DNA from: an uncultured Gammaproteobacteria bacterium
GTDB lineage: Bacteria > Pseudomonadota > Gammaproteobacteria > JABCZS01
Reading direction: 5' to 3'
DNA: 64,000 nt
NCBI GenBank assembly: GCA_963848305.1
Contig: CAWKDC010000001.1
Location: 608,001-672,000, forward strand
The position numbers were made by a program, and so were the translations under genes. The notes beneath the pieces are model-generated. The model was not told the DNA's origin. It made no database searches and saw only the letters and a list, made by a program, of their open reading frames with translations. Below are positions 9,628 through 19,934 of this stretch, one piece after another (the first letter of the stretch is position 1; every line of letters begins with the position of its first letter).

Positions 9628-10458
9628 TTACCAGAAGAAGTAATTGACACCGAGGGTGATGATATTTCTGTTCACATCCACCCTTGTGCGGTCATATACT
9701 TGATAGTCATTATCTGGGCCGCCTTCATAAAACTTTGTGGGCTGATGACCTACAGTATAAACTTGTCCATAATCTGTGTACACATAATCTAAACCGACAG
9801 ATACATGGTCATAAAACCGGTGTTCAATGCCCGCACCTATACGGAAACCCACAACGGAGTCTGTGTCAGATTCGCGAAAGTACTGAGAAATATAAAAGCC
9901 AGGAAGTTCATTAAACTGCTCAAATGTGGTTGTTTCGGTCAACTTTAACGTATTAAATGCAGCACCTAAACGAGCATAGAGGTACGTCCGGGTGGGTAGC
10001 GTGAAACCAATTTTCAAGTCAGCCACAGGTTCAAAATTATTCAACTGAACATCGGATTGAGAGCTGAGTGTTCCGACATAGCCTTCATATTCCTGACTGT
10101 TGACCAGTGTGTTGTTCTGTTCAAGCTTCATTTCACTGCCATTCAATGAAGCTTCAAGGCCTACATACAACCATTCCCATTCGATGGCATAACCCACTTG
10201 AATTTGACCCAGGGCTCTATAGGCATCTTCTTTGAATTTTTGGTTCGTATAACCAAAAACATGAACCAAACCGCCATCGGACAATAACGCATAATCAGCA
10301 TACAATGTTTGATCAAAATCAGCTGTCAATTTTGAAGCACCTGCGGCGGCGCCCACATAAAAGCCATGCCTTACTTGAGCAGCATCTTGGTGTGCCAGAG
10401 CAGCCAAAGGAAGCGTCAGCGCAACTAAGCTGGGCAATACTAGATTCCGTTTTTTCAT
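9628..10458 (-). CDS. Outer membrane beta-barrel protein (paralog 1)
   Basis: Signal peptide, GFYVGAAAG, amphipathic strands, aromatic C-terminus GVNYFFW. Confidence 0.8.
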   Translation of the reverse strand: MKKRNLVLPSLVALTLPLAALAHQDAAQVRHGFYVGAAAGASKLTADFDQTLYADYALLSDGGLVHVFGYTNQKFKEDAYRALGQIQVGYAIEWEWLYVGLEASLNGSEMKLEQNNTLVNSQEYEGYVGTLSSQSDVQLNNFEPVADLKIGFTLPTRTYLYARLGAAFNTLKLTETTTFEQFNELPGFYISQYFRESDTDSVVGFRIGAGIEHRFYDHVSVGLDYVYTDYGQVYTVGHQPTKFYEGGPDNDYQVYDRTRVDVNRNIITLGVNYFFW

Positions 10459-10500
10459 ATTCAATTCCTCATCTTTCAAATGATATCGTCAAGATTCATC

Positions 10501-11334
10501 TTACCAAAAATAGTAGTTAACCGCGAATGTCACCACGTCTCTCACTACGTCCGCCTGAGTGCTATTCGTTATAAAGAGATCATCTGGCATACCCTCATCA
10601 TACAAAAACTTTGTCGGCTGAGAACCTGACGTCGAAACATTGCCGTAATCCGTGTGCACATAATCGAGGGCAAAAGAGACTTGATCAAACGGCTTATGCT
10701 CAATGCCCGCACCGAATCTCAGGGCAACAACGGAGTCTGAATCCGATGTGCGGAAATATTGTGAAACGTAGCACCCATCACAATCATCATATTGATCATA
10801 TATGGTGGTTTCATTCAATGTGATGGTATTGAATGCGGCGCCTACACGTCCATAAAGGTACGTTTTGGTAGAGAGGTTGAATCCCAATTTTAAGTCAACC
10901 ACAGGCTCAAAATTGTGTAGCTCAACGTTTGATTCGGAAATTAAAATGCCATAACCTTCATAAGCATCGTCATAAATATATACCTCGTTGTTTTGCTTGA
11001 GATTCAATTGGCTTCCATTCACAGACACCTCAAGGCCCGCAAACAACCACTCCCACGCAACGGCATAACCGATCTGGACTTGGCCCATACCATTCGAAAC
11101 ATCTTGGTCGAACGAACGATTGTCAAAGTTCAGATAATGTGGGGGAGAATCACTGAAAAATGGTGTGTAGCCAAGCGATAATGACTGATTAAAATCCGCA
11201 GTCAATCTTGAAAGACCGGCAGCGCCACCGATATAGAAACCTTGGTAAAAATGGGAGCCGTCGTGTGCAGCAAAACCTGCCAGAGGGAGTGTTACTGCTA
11301 ACAAAGTTGGGCATAGTATCTTCAAATTTTTCAT
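10501..11334 (-). CDS. Outer membrane beta-barrel protein (paralog 2)
   Basis: Clear tandem paralog of 9628-10458 (GFYIGGAAG, NFEPVVDLKLG, GAGIEH, AVNYYFW). Confidence 0.8.
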   Translation of the reverse strand: MKNLKILCPTLLAVTLPLAGFAAHDGSHFYQGFYIGGAAGLSRLTADFNQSLSLGYTPFFSDSPPHYLNFDNRSFDQDVSNGMGQVQIGYAVAWEWLFAGLEVSVNGSQLNLKQNNEVYIYDDAYEGYGILISESNVELHNFEPVVDLKLGFNLSTKTYLYGRVGAAFNTITLNETTIYDQYDDCDGCYVSQYFRTSDSDSVVALRFGAGIEHKPFDQVSFALDYVHTDYGNVSTSGSQPTKFLYDEGMPDDLFITNSTQADVVRDVVTFAVNYYFW

Positions 11335-11392
11335 AGGGAAACCTCTTCCAAGTTGAGTGATATCGTAAGGGTAGCAAATGTTTTTTAATTTT

Positions 11393-12703
11393 TCAATCGG
11401 TTAAGCACAAAAATTCTTCGAATTTTCCTGAAGCACTGCGCGGCAGTGCCTGATCAAAATACTGAAATGCAATTATGTATGAATAACCCAAAGACTGCTG
11501 CATATGATGGCGCAATGCTTCTTCTTCGTCACCCTTTAATGGCCGTTCCACCACGAGCCGTACGTCCATCGTTTCGCGACTGGTTTGAATGAATTGATAC
11601 TGTTGGATCGGCGCAATCTCACGGAAACGATCAAATCCTGTGAGCGGCCAATGCCGTGTACCATCCGGTAAGATCATTAAATTGCGTTCACGACCCAGGA
11701 TGCGCTTTAACGTAGGCCAGCCCCTGCCGCAAGCGCATGGTGGCCCAACTTCAGCGTAATCACCAATATCATAACGAATTAAAGGTGTTGCATAATTTTG
11801 CAAATCGGTGACAACCACGCGACCCGTTTCACCCACCTCACAAGGTTGGCCATCGGCACGCAGTACCTCAAGGTAGCAATTCGGCGCCACCACATGGTAA
11901 AGATCGCTGTCAGGACACTGCAAAGCCATCATCCCGATTTCTTGTGAAGAATAAACATCGGTGATTTTAGCATTGAACTGTGTTTGTGCTTGTTGCCTGA
12001 TGGCAGGCAACAAAGTTTCGCCAATCGTTCTAATATGTGACAATGCCGGCAGTGACACATCGAACCGTTGACAATAAGTGGTCATGGCCCGCAAAACACT
12101 TGGCATCAATAACAATTGATGGGGCTGAAAATCACTGATCCACGCAACCAATTGAGACACATCCACGGTAACAGGTAAGCACAGCATAGGACCTGTCTCA
12201 TGAAATAATGCGGTGGGATGCCCCCAGTTGCTGCATGGCTTATAAGATTGAATCGGTGCCCTGATCACACACAATCTGCCGGTGAAATTTGATTTGTGCC
12301 AGGTGTGTTCCATCAAACCCAATGCCATATAATATACTTGATTGGCTGCCGTTCTACGCACGGATACAGGCTCACCTGTTGACCCGGATGTTTTCAATAG
12401 CGCTGAGGGCATATGCCCTTTCGGAATGCTACCGCAAAACAAACCCTCCCCCGCCGATTGCAACGCCCTTCTGGTCAGCACTGGCAATCGCTGAAAACCG
12501 TCGCATGTCGCAAGTGCTGCAGGGGTTAACTGCGCATCCGATAAGCGCTGTGCAAAATGCGGTGAGTGCGTGGCACAAAATCTGGCAAGATGTTCAATAC
12601 GTTGATGTTGATACGATTGAATCTCTGGCAAGGACAATGTCGCATTGTGATCAAATTCTTTCAACAATGACTGAATCAGTGGTCGCAGATTGTCATGACT
12701 CAT
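11393..12703 (-). CDS. Phenylacetate-CoA ligase (PaaK/CapK)-family adenylate-forming enzyme
   Basis: TSGSTGEP, YSSQEIG, PLIRYDIGD, ILGR, SGKF. Confidence 0.85.
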   Translation of the reverse strand: MSHDNLRPLIQSLLKEFDHNATLSLPEIQSYQHQRIEHLARFCATHSPHFAQRLSDAQLTPAALATCDGFQRLPVLTRRALQSAGEGLFCGSIPKGHMPSALLKTSGSTGEPVSVRRTAANQVYYMALGLMEHTWHKSNFTGRLCVIRAPIQSYKPCSNWGHPTALFHETGPMLCLPVTVDVSQLVAWISDFQPHQLLLMPSVLRAMTTYCQRFDVSLPALSHIRTIGETLLPAIRQQAQTQFNAKITDVYSSQEIGMMALQCPDSDLYHVVAPNCYLEVLRADGQPCEVGETGRVVVTDLQNYATPLIRYDIGDYAEVGPPCACGRGWPTLKRILGRERNLMILPDGTRHWPLTGFDRFREIAPIQQYQFIQTSRETMDVRLVVERPLKGDEEEALRHHMQQSLGYSYIIAFQYFDQALPRSASGKFEEFLCLTD

Positions 12704-13511
12704 GCGGGAATTCCACGATCAATAGCGGGCAACGTTCAGCCAATTCATATGTGCCGACGGGGCATATTTGAACCCGTCCCCATGCCCCGGGGATGGTAGA
12801 TTGAATTTGCATTAATGTGGGAAAACTGAACACATCATGTGAATCTTGATAGGCGTCGATTTCTCTTATCGTGTTCAGTGACCAGCCGGTGATATCAGAC
12901 AGCGCCTGTCTATTCGCAAACTTGTCATTGAATACTTGATGAATGATTCGTACGGGTATATTGGCATCCTGTCTTTCGAAGACAATCGCCATCGCTAATC
13001 GCCACTTGAATGCATGAAAGGATTTGATCTCATGGTTGCATATCGCATCAACGACCTCATCCACTGTTTCACCCGATTCGGGTGATGCAAATAGGCGAAA
13101 CACGAGCCGACTGTTCGGCTGCATCACTGACATCATCTGATCAAACAACGTAACATAATCATGCGGATATTGTATACAAGACAATACCCCGTCCCCGATA
13201 ACTGCCGAAAATAGTTTACCCTGAAAATCAGGACTCAGCCAGTTACCCAATACTGCGCGACGCTCAGGCGTATTGCCAGGCCAGATCAGGTTGATCATGT
13301 CTGGGCTTCTTTCCAATGCGGTCAGTTGTTGACCGATATGGGCAAACTCGGGTGTGACACCCAATAAAAGCACATGCGCTTCATGGGCCTGCACCGCCTG
13401 TTCAATGGCTTCTGTGACTGCTTGATGAGGACGCAGTGGCGGCTTCAAGCCAGCCCAGCGTTCGTGAAAGTTGTTCCAGACTTTAGCTTGTTCCGTAACC
13501 CATGCATCCAT
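12693..13511 (-). CDS. Class I SAM-dependent methyltransferase-like protein
   Basis: VLLLGVTPE motif-I-like segment, FSAVIGDG; translationally coupled to the ligase. Confidence 0.65.
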   Translation of the reverse strand: MDAWVTEQAKVWNNFHERWAGLKPPLRPHQAVTEAIEQAVQAHEAHVLLLGVTPEFAHIGQQLTALERSPDMINLIWPGNTPERRAVLGNWLSPDFQGKLFSAVIGDGVLSCIQYPHDYVTLFDQMMSVMQPNSRLVFRLFASPESGETVDEVVDAICNHEIKSFHAFKWRLAMAIVFERQDANIPVRIIHQVFNDKFANRQALSDITGWSLNTIREIDAYQDSHDVFSFPTLMQIQSTIPGAWGRVQICPVGTYELAERCPLLIVEFPHES

Positions 13512-13752
13512 GACTTAATCACTCCTGATAGACTGAACAAGATTTTAACAGCGTATTCATCTAAAAAACAAGCCACTTCCAAAGCGGAATAACATTAATT
13601 TTGTATGATTGAACTTTGTATTCAACATAAAATAATTTTTTTAGAGAATTATACGTTATCTAAGTTAAGTTCCAGCAGCTTGGTCTCAGCCGTCCGCTTA
13701 ATATAACTGTTAGGGATATTACATACTTGAATATATGACCTATCTATTTGCA

Positions 13753-14931
13753 TTATAATGCCAGCTCGCGATTTCTCACCACAAAACATAATAAAATCAT
13801 TCCCACAATGATAAATGCCCCTAAAATCAATCCTATGTTTTGAAAACTGCCTACATAATAATACCCTGTCAACTGCAGGCCAAATGCCGTGAGGATCAGG
13901 CGAAATGCTTGGATCATGGCAGACACCCTCCCCTTTGCATCAGGAAAATAGTTGATACAAATAGGGTACAAAATAGTACTGGGTACAATTTGTGCCACAG
14001 TGAACGGAATCAACGAGAGCGTGATCAAGAGCGCATTTTTGCTATCAGTGATAATCACCCAGCTCACGCAGGCTAAGCTAAAAGCAAAAGCAACAATAGA
14101 TAAATACACCCATTTTTTCTGATCATAATCATGCTTGCTGATGAACCAACCAAATAATACGCTGCCAATCGCAAAGATCAACGCGAAAACACCTTGATAA
14201 TAACCAAAATGTTCAAGGCTTACACCCAAATCTTCCATGTACAACAAAGGGGAAATCCCCACAAACATCCAGTAAGGTGAAAACAAAAACACCAACGTGA
14301 TGATCAATAACATCAATGGCTTCGATTTTAAAATGGGTAAATAACCCTGCAACGAAATCGGCTTTTGTGTTGGAAGCACTTGCACCTTCGGCAGAAACAG
14401 ACATGTCATGAACAATACCAACAGCCCCAAAAGTAACAGTGCCGTAAAATTACCCTGCCAATGAAAATATAGCGTGAGATAACTCCCGATCACAGGCGCA
14501 GCCGCTGCAGCTGCATTCATAGAACCATTGAGCAAAGCCATCAAATGCTGTTGTTGTTTGATCGAGTAGGCATCCGCGATGATCAGAAAACTTAAAATCG
14601 CAGGAGCGGCAACGCCCATTCCTTGCAAAAACCGACCTATCAGGATGAAAGGATAGGTTGCGGGATATAAGCACAATAAGCTGCCCAGGGCAAATATCAC
14701 CAGTCCCAACACAATGATCGGTTTGCGACCATATTGGTCGGCGAGCCCGCCCACAAAAAAAAGGCTCAGACAAAAACCGGCAAAATTGACGGACAACAGC
14801 GCTTCCACCCAAAATGGCGACAACCCAAATGTTTCACGCAATTCTGGAAAACTCGAGACAAACAGATCAAACTCCATGCCAGCCAATAAGTCCATGAGGA
14901 TGACTGTCACTAATATCCATGCTTTTGTCAT
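13753..14931 (-). CDS. Bcr/CflA-family MFS drug efflux transporter
   Basis: GGLADQYGRKP, GRFLQGMG, APVIG; about 12 TM segments. Confidence 0.88.
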   Translation of the reverse strand: MTKAWILVTVILMDLLAGMEFDLFVSSFPELRETFGLSPFWVEALLSVNFAGFCLSLFFVGGLADQYGRKPIIVLGLVIFALGSLLCLYPATYPFILIGRFLQGMGVAAPAILSFLIIADAYSIKQQQHLMALLNGSMNAAAAAAPVIGSYLTLYFHWQGNFTALLLLGLLVLFMTCLFLPKVQVLPTQKPISLQGYLPILKSKPLMLLIITLVFLFSPYWMFVGISPLLYMEDLGVSLEHFGYYQGVFALIFAIGSVLFGWFISKHDYDQKKWVYLSIVAFAFSLACVSWVIITDSKNALLITLSLIPFTVAQIVPSTILYPICINYFPDAKGRVSAMIQAFRLILTAFGLQLTGYYYVGSFQNIGLILGAFIIVGMILLCFVVRNRELAL

Positions 14932-15067
14932 TGGGGGAGATGTCCTGAGAACGAAAGAAGCATTTTGTCAAAAAGCTGGAAGATTTGCAACGGCTATATG
15001 CCGACCAAGAATGAAAAGATTTTTCAGATTGTTGACAAAGGTTTTCGAGATATGTTAGGCTGCTTGA

Positions 15068-15166
15068 ATGAACACATTTAAAGCATATCAAACATTTCTT
15101 CTACTGCCCAACCTCTTCGGAACGACGGGCGTACGACGATATCACGTCTGGTCATCCAGACCATAA
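15068..15166 (+). CDS. Candidate leader peptide MNTFKAYQTFLLLPNLFGTTGVRRYHVWSSRP* within a structured 5' region
   Basis: Open 32-codon frame starting 7 nt after TTGACA(15032)-18-TAGGCT(15056-61); 3' end overlaps hairpin GTCTGG-TCAT-CCAGAC and an outer CGGGCG/CGCCCG stem. Confidence 0.45.
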   Translation: MNTFKAYQTFLLLPNLFGTTGVRRYHVWSSRP

Positions 15167-15505
15167 ACTCTCGCCCGGCGGTGCTGCACGCATTTTCAAC
15201 TTTTTATTTATCAATCTATTATTTTATAGAGGAATCATATCATGAACTTTTTATTAATCAGAATATTAGCTAATATGGCCAACTCGAAGATATCGCCCGC
15301 CCCCGAGCAACCTCCTGAGAAAGATAGCAAATTGACAGTCATAGTGATCTATCAATCTGCACAGACCTCTCGGGAGCCCTCCACAGACCTCTCGGGAGCC
15401 CTCTGCTCAGCCCAAAAAAAATAACTAACTTAAACGGCAAGTGCTTAACAACCACTTGCTGTTTTTTTAAAGTCTATTACACTTGAGTTAATCAAGGAGG
15501 ATTTT

Positions 15506-15907
15506 ATGAATATCACCCGTTATCTCATCGCAGCCATCGCACTGTTTGCTTATATTTTTGCCTATGAGTCATTTGTTCATGGTCACCTGCTGATGGGGCT
15601 TTATAATCAAACCCCAACAATTTGGCGTGAATACAGTCAAATGATGAATTATATCCCTTACAATCTCGTGATCATGGCACTGATTGCCCTTTGGATCACG
15701 TTCATTTTCACCCGCTTTTATGCGCAAGGCGGATGGAAAAATGGCTTGCATTTCGGTTTCTATCTAGGCGTACTCGCTGGGCTTCAAGCAGCTGGCGCTT
15801 ATTATTATCTACCCGTGTCAGCCACGTTGGCCGCAGTTTGGTTTGTTGTTTATGCCGTTCAAAGCACCATCGGTGGTTTGATCATTGGGGCAATTTATCG
15901 GAAATAA
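15506..15907 (+). CDS. Hypothetical 4-TM membrane protein
   Basis: AAGGAGG RBS; 133-aa hydrophobic ORF. Confidence 0.8.
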   Translation: MNITRYLIAAIALFAYIFAYESFVHGHLLMGLYNQTPTIWREYSQMMNYIPYNLVIMALIALWITFIFTRFYAQGGWKNGLHFGFYLGVLAGLQAAGAYYYLPVSATLAAVWFVVYAVQSTIGGLIIGAIYRK

Positions 15908-16148
15908 CAGGGATGCGTCCCCATCAAAATGGGGACGTTATTTCTTCAGTTAGCATTTGTTATCCACTGACAAGCTAAGTGCCTATTCGGATTCCGAAGA
16001 GGTGGCATGCAATGATTAAGAAATTCCCCGTGCTTTTATCAATGAGTCACGAAGAATATTTGATAATGGTATCATTTGGCGCCTTGGTTTTGGGTTGTAT
16101 GTTGCCAAACACGTTGCATGAGTCTGCCCCCTTAGGGAGCTACCATTT

Positions 16149-17144
16149 TTATTCTATAAAAAAGTATTGCTGACAAACATGCTTCAAATCTTCCAATGAT
16201 TCACACGCTTTCATCGCTTCGCAAAAGGCGTCTTTGTTTAACATTGAGCGTGCATAATATTTTGCGAATTTGCGCGCTTGAATAATGGCAAATTTCTCTG
16301 TGTTCATGAGTGCAGCCAATCCTTGAACATGCTGGAAAAACATGGCGCCAATTTCTGATAAAGTGGGTTGGGTAAAATCATGACCTTCCAATGCAGCTCG
16401 CAATTGTTGAATCAACCACGGTTGCCCAACACCTGCCCGCCCGATCATGGCTCCTGCACAACCCGTCGCTAACATGCGGCGTAATGAATCAGCACATGCA
16501 ATATCACCATTGCCTATGACTGGAATATTTAAGGCATCGACAAAAAAAGTAATATCTTCATACGAACAATTAACATCATACCCTTCTGTCCAATGTCGGC
16601 CATGAACCGTGATGAAATCCGCACCTGCATCTGCCACAGCTTTGGCGACGTCTGCATTAAACTGATCATCGCTCTGTGCATCCACGCGAATTTTAATGGA
16701 CACAGGACAATGGGTATTGTTTTTCATGGCCTTGATCAACTCATAAATCATCGAGGGTTGCGATAATAAATGCGACCCCGCTTTTTTGCTTCTGATTTTT
16801 TTCACTGGGCAACCACAATTTAAGTCGATCAGATCAGCGCCGGCGTCCGTGACAATTTTTGTTCCTATCGCAAGCGATTGCAGATCACTAGAAGACAGCT
16901 GAAAACAGACAGGCCCTTCTTGTGGATCTTTCCTGATAAAACGTTCACGCGACTTTTTGGATTGATAGATCAATGTTTGGCATGACATCATTTCGGTATA
17001 GGAAAAAGCGGGGTGACCGTGCTCCCAGACTAATTGTCGAAAGGGTGCGCAACTCACCCCTGCCAACGGACCTTGAACCAGGTTGTGTGAAAACGTGTGC
17101 TGAGCAATCTGCAATGACCTTACCATATAAAGGGTTAGCTCCAT
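16149..17144 (-). CDS. tRNA-dihydrouridine synthase family protein
   Basis: PLAGVS, IDLNCGCPVKK, VSIKIR, TVHGR, VIGNGDI, MIGRA. Confidence 0.92.
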   Translation of the reverse strand: MELTLYMVRSLQIAQHTFSHNLVQGPLAGVSCAPFRQLVWEHGHPAFSYTEMMSCQTLIYQSKKSRERFIRKDPQEGPVCFQLSSSDLQSLAIGTKIVTDAGADLIDLNCGCPVKKIRSKKAGSHLLSQPSMIYELIKAMKNNTHCPVSIKIRVDAQSDDQFNADVAKAVADAGADFITVHGRHWTEGYDVNCSYEDITFFVDALNIPVIGNGDIACADSLRRMLATGCAGAMIGRAGVGQPWLIQQLRAALEGHDFTQPTLSEIGAMFFQHVQGLAALMNTEKFAIIQARKFAKYYARSMLNKDAFCEAMKACESLEDLKHVCQQYFFIE

Positions 17145-17266
17145 ATATGCCTAAACTTCCAAGCGCTGGTTGGCCATTATATCTCTTTGGCTGTGGTGAT
17201 GGCAAATCTATGTATCTGTCAAAAAAATCTGTTAAAATGGCGAACTGACATATCAGGGGTACGCAC

Positions 17267-17896
17267 ATGAATTTATTTAAACGTTACACCCCATTGATTA
17301 TCATCACTTTTATCTCTTTAAGTGCCTGTGCAACCCGCTACGTGACGGTGGAAGATATTGAGCGAAGCCTAGTATCCGTCCCCCCAATGGCCGTCGGGTT
17401 TGATGTGGATGACACTGTCCTGTTTTCGAGTGCTATTTTTAACCACGTGACGGTGACAGCCTGTGATGGGGCGCCTCAAGGCTGCACCACTCCTCTGTTT
17501 TGGGAGAAAATAAATTCTTACAGCACTTTCGCGTTGCCAAAACCCGTGGGCCTTGAAATCGCTAAAATGCATTTGGATCGAGGGGATACTGTTTATTTCA
17601 TCACTGCTCGCACAGGTTCTGACAACGAAACACTGTCAGACACGCTGCGTGATCTGCTGGATGCCCCTGATTTAAACCCAGTTGTATTTGTGGGCGGAGA
17701 CGCGAATCTTTCCAAAACCATTGCGATGGAAGCCCGTGATATTCAGATATATTACGGTGATGCCGACAGCGATATCACTGATGCACGTGCTGCTGGCGCA
17801 ACTGGCATTCGTATCATACGCGCAAAAAATTCTACTGTGAGCGGGGAAACACATCCCGGCATTTATGGGGAAGATGTGGTGCGGGATTCTGAATAA
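17267..17896 (+). CDS. aphA: Class B acid phosphatase (HAD), probable lipoprotein
   Basis: VGFDVDDTVLFSS, YFITART, YYGDADSDI, GIRIIRAKNST; lipobox LSAC. Confidence 0.88.
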   Translation: MNLFKRYTPLIIITFISLSACATRYVTVEDIERSLVSVPPMAVGFDVDDTVLFSSAIFNHVTVTACDGAPQGCTTPLFWEKINSYSTFALPKPVGLEIAKMHLDRGDTVYFITARTGSDNETLSDTLRDLLDAPDLNPVVFVGGDANLSKTIAMEARDIQIYYGDADSDITDARAAGATGIRIIRAKNSTVSGETHPGIYGEDVVRDSE

Positions 17897-17934
17897 CTAT
17901 TATGCGACCCAGTTTTCCAATTTCAAGGACGGCA

Positions 17935-18125
17935 TTCTTGAAAATTCCCACTTCACCAATGTTCAAATGTTCTAATTTCTTCAAAACTTTATCAGAATTT
18001 TTTTTGCAATGTAAATACAAATATCAGTGCCTAATGAATCACTCAACATTAGAAATCTCTCTCTTGTGGATTTGTATCATTCCTGCCAACCTCAAAAAAA
18101 TCATCAGGCATATTCGCGTGCAACT
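17935..18125 (-). pseudogene. vapBC toxin-antitoxin remnant
   Basis: VapB-like C-terminus MPDDFFEVGRNDTNPQERDF* overlapping (TAATG, 18051-18047) a VapC-like N-terminus MLSDSLGTDICIYIAKK/NSDKVLKKLEHLNIGEVGI, which is frameshifted and truncated. Confidence 0.65.
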
Positions 18126-18128
18126 CAT

Positions 18129-18194
18129 ATGATTATGTCACCGGAATTTTGGATGAATTTGCAGCTACAACATGAGCTATGGATTGGATATTAA
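18129..18194 (+). pseudogene. HigA-family antitoxin C-terminal remnant
   Basis: Translates as MSPEFWMNLQLQHELW, resembling the HigA 'SPEFWLNLQ..YDL' motif. Confidence 0.55.
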
Positions 18195-18229
18195 AAACAT
18201 AAGCCCATTCCCTTGGTGGATAAGGCGCA

Positions 18230-19126
18230 TCAAGGTTGAGCAAGCACTTCATTTAAGATCGCTGCGAGCCGCAATCCCGCAAGCGTCACTTGATACCGAG
18301 AGAGTATGGCGCCTTTTTCTAAATAATCATCCGTTGGCGTCCCAAGATAGGTCATGCCTGAGTAAGCATAATCACGGGCCAGTGCGTGATGATCAAGCGC
18401 CCATCTACCAGGATTCATACTGCCTAAATCACTCGGTGCATACTGTTGCAATAATTTGGCTTCAATTTTTATCTGTCGCTTATCATGTTCAGATAAGGGG
18501 CGTGGTTTATTCTCAATCCACTGCCCCAAACCACTGTCCCAAAGACGGTGAAGATTGAAAAGAACAGGGTCAAGTGTGATCAAGAATGCACTGCCGCCGC
18601 GATCTCCTTCAGGGTATTCAGACGCAACATGTGTTGCGGTATGTAACGGCTGATGAATATCACCAACCCAATGAATCAAACGTCGTAATGCGAGACCTTT
18701 CTCGACATCGGTCGCTTTCCTATCTTTTAAGATCCTTTTTTCATGATGGATGGCCCAAACAATCTGTTGTTCGGTGGGAAAATCTGCACGTGTGGGCAAA
18801 GGATCGTCAATCTGCTCGAATGTCAATGTAATGGAATGCCAGGCATTAAATTCGGTATCGTCGTGATCTTTAATGTCATCGGCCCAAGTCCCTGCTGATA
18901 CAAAATCATACCCATCGTCATACGTGGCGATCAATGCATCTGCGCGCCTTTTGATCTCAGGATCTAAATGTTGATATGCAATTTCTGCAACAAGCATATG
19001 GGGCGTAGACCACCACGCGTTTGCAGATTGAAGGCTGATGAAAAAAAGGAGGGCGATTCGGATTGGTTTCTTAAACAACCTTTTCAGAATTCCCAGTCGA
19101 TGGTGATATGAGCGAATCACTTGCAT
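18230..19126 (-). CDS. Secreted S1/P1 nuclease (true start probably downstream of 19126)
   Basis: Signal peptide then WWSTPHMLVAEIA, WADDIK, WHSI, HWVGDIHQPLH, DRGG, NLHRLWDSG, AGLRLA. Confidence 0.9.
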   Translation of the reverse strand: MQVIRSYHHRLGILKRLFKKPIRIALLFFISLQSANAWWSTPHMLVAEIAYQHLDPEIKRRADALIATYDDGYDFVSAGTWADDIKDHDDTEFNAWHSITLTFEQIDDPLPTRADFPTEQQIVWAIHHEKRILKDRKATDVEKGLALRRLIHWVGDIHQPLHTATHVASEYPEGDRGGSAFLITLDPVLFNLHRLWDSGLGQWIENKPRPLSEHDKRQIKIEAKLLQQYAPSDLGSMNPGRWALDHHALARDYAYSGMTYLGTPTDDYLEKGAILSRYQVTLAGLRLAAILNEVLAQP

Positions 19127-19934
19127 TATCAGCCTTTTTGAAAATAGGTAAAGTCAAATAGGAAACGAGTTTTTCCGTCCAAGTTTGCGTTGCAGGGTCA
19201 ATTGTCTTTGTGCGGGCATTTGTCACCAAAACGATTTGCGCAACCATGAACACCACTGAAGGAATTTTACTGATAATGGTCGTCGCAAAAAACCATTCCT
19301 CTTCTGTGATGACACTCTTCTCAAGCATGACGAGTGCAGCAACACCCACGGTTAATCCACAGACGGAATCTAATATCGACAAATAGTCGCAATATTTCCA
19401 AGCCTGTTCGTCTATCTCTACAACTTTCCCGCTATTCTTGACTGTCGTGCTGAACATTCTCTGTGAAAGTGAGGTGGATGTTCCCAGAAACTTTTCAGGA
19501 AATGCGCGCACCAGCATAACAAAGCCAATGAGAATGGCATTATCGATGATCGGTTTTAATTGCAGCAGGAAGTCACTGTCCATAAAATAGGAACCGAGCG
19601 TCAATCCCGTCATGAGCGCCAAGCCCATGATCTCTAATCGAATGGCAATCTTGCTGTCTTCAGCATGTTGTGATTTTAGTGCTGTGTCACTCATTGTGGC
19701 GCGATGATGCATACCGACAAGATACTCAGCCGTCATTTTAAGGGCGACCATACCCACCATGACCGCTGAGGCAACAACAAGACCATGATATTCGAATAAT
19801 AAGATATACGCAGTAATAACAACAGGGTAAAAAATTGCGTTAAACTGAACCTTAGGATTAAGCTCATAAAGATACTTGAAAAATCGCAGGAACTGCTCAA
19901 GTATGTATTTCAAGCTACGTAATATAAAACTCAT
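19071..19934 (-). CDS. Divergent YciB/IspZ-like inner membrane protein
   Basis: GLTLGSYFMDSDFLLQLKPII, AWK, EEEW and AQI segments follow the YciB pattern. Confidence 0.5.
   Translation of the reverse strand: MSFILRSLKYILEQFLRFFKYLYELNPKVQFNAIFYPVVITAYILLFEYHGLVVASAVMVGMVALKMTAEYLVGMHHRATMSDTALKSQHAEDSKIAIRLEIMGLALMTGLTLGSYFMDSDFLLQLKPIIDNAILIGFVMLVRAFPEKFLGTSTSLSQRMFSTTVKNSGKVVEIDEQAWKYCDYLSILDSVCGLTVGVAALVMLEKSVITEEEWFFATTIISKIPSVVFMVAQIVLVTNARTKTIDPATQTWTEKLVSYLTLPIFKKADNASDSLISPSTGNSEKVV

Noticed and set aside
15242-15424. 60-aa ORF with a 21-bp direct repeat (cacagacctctcgggagccct twice)
   Set aside because: It has an RBS but no recognisable protein features; probably a remnant, so not called as a gene
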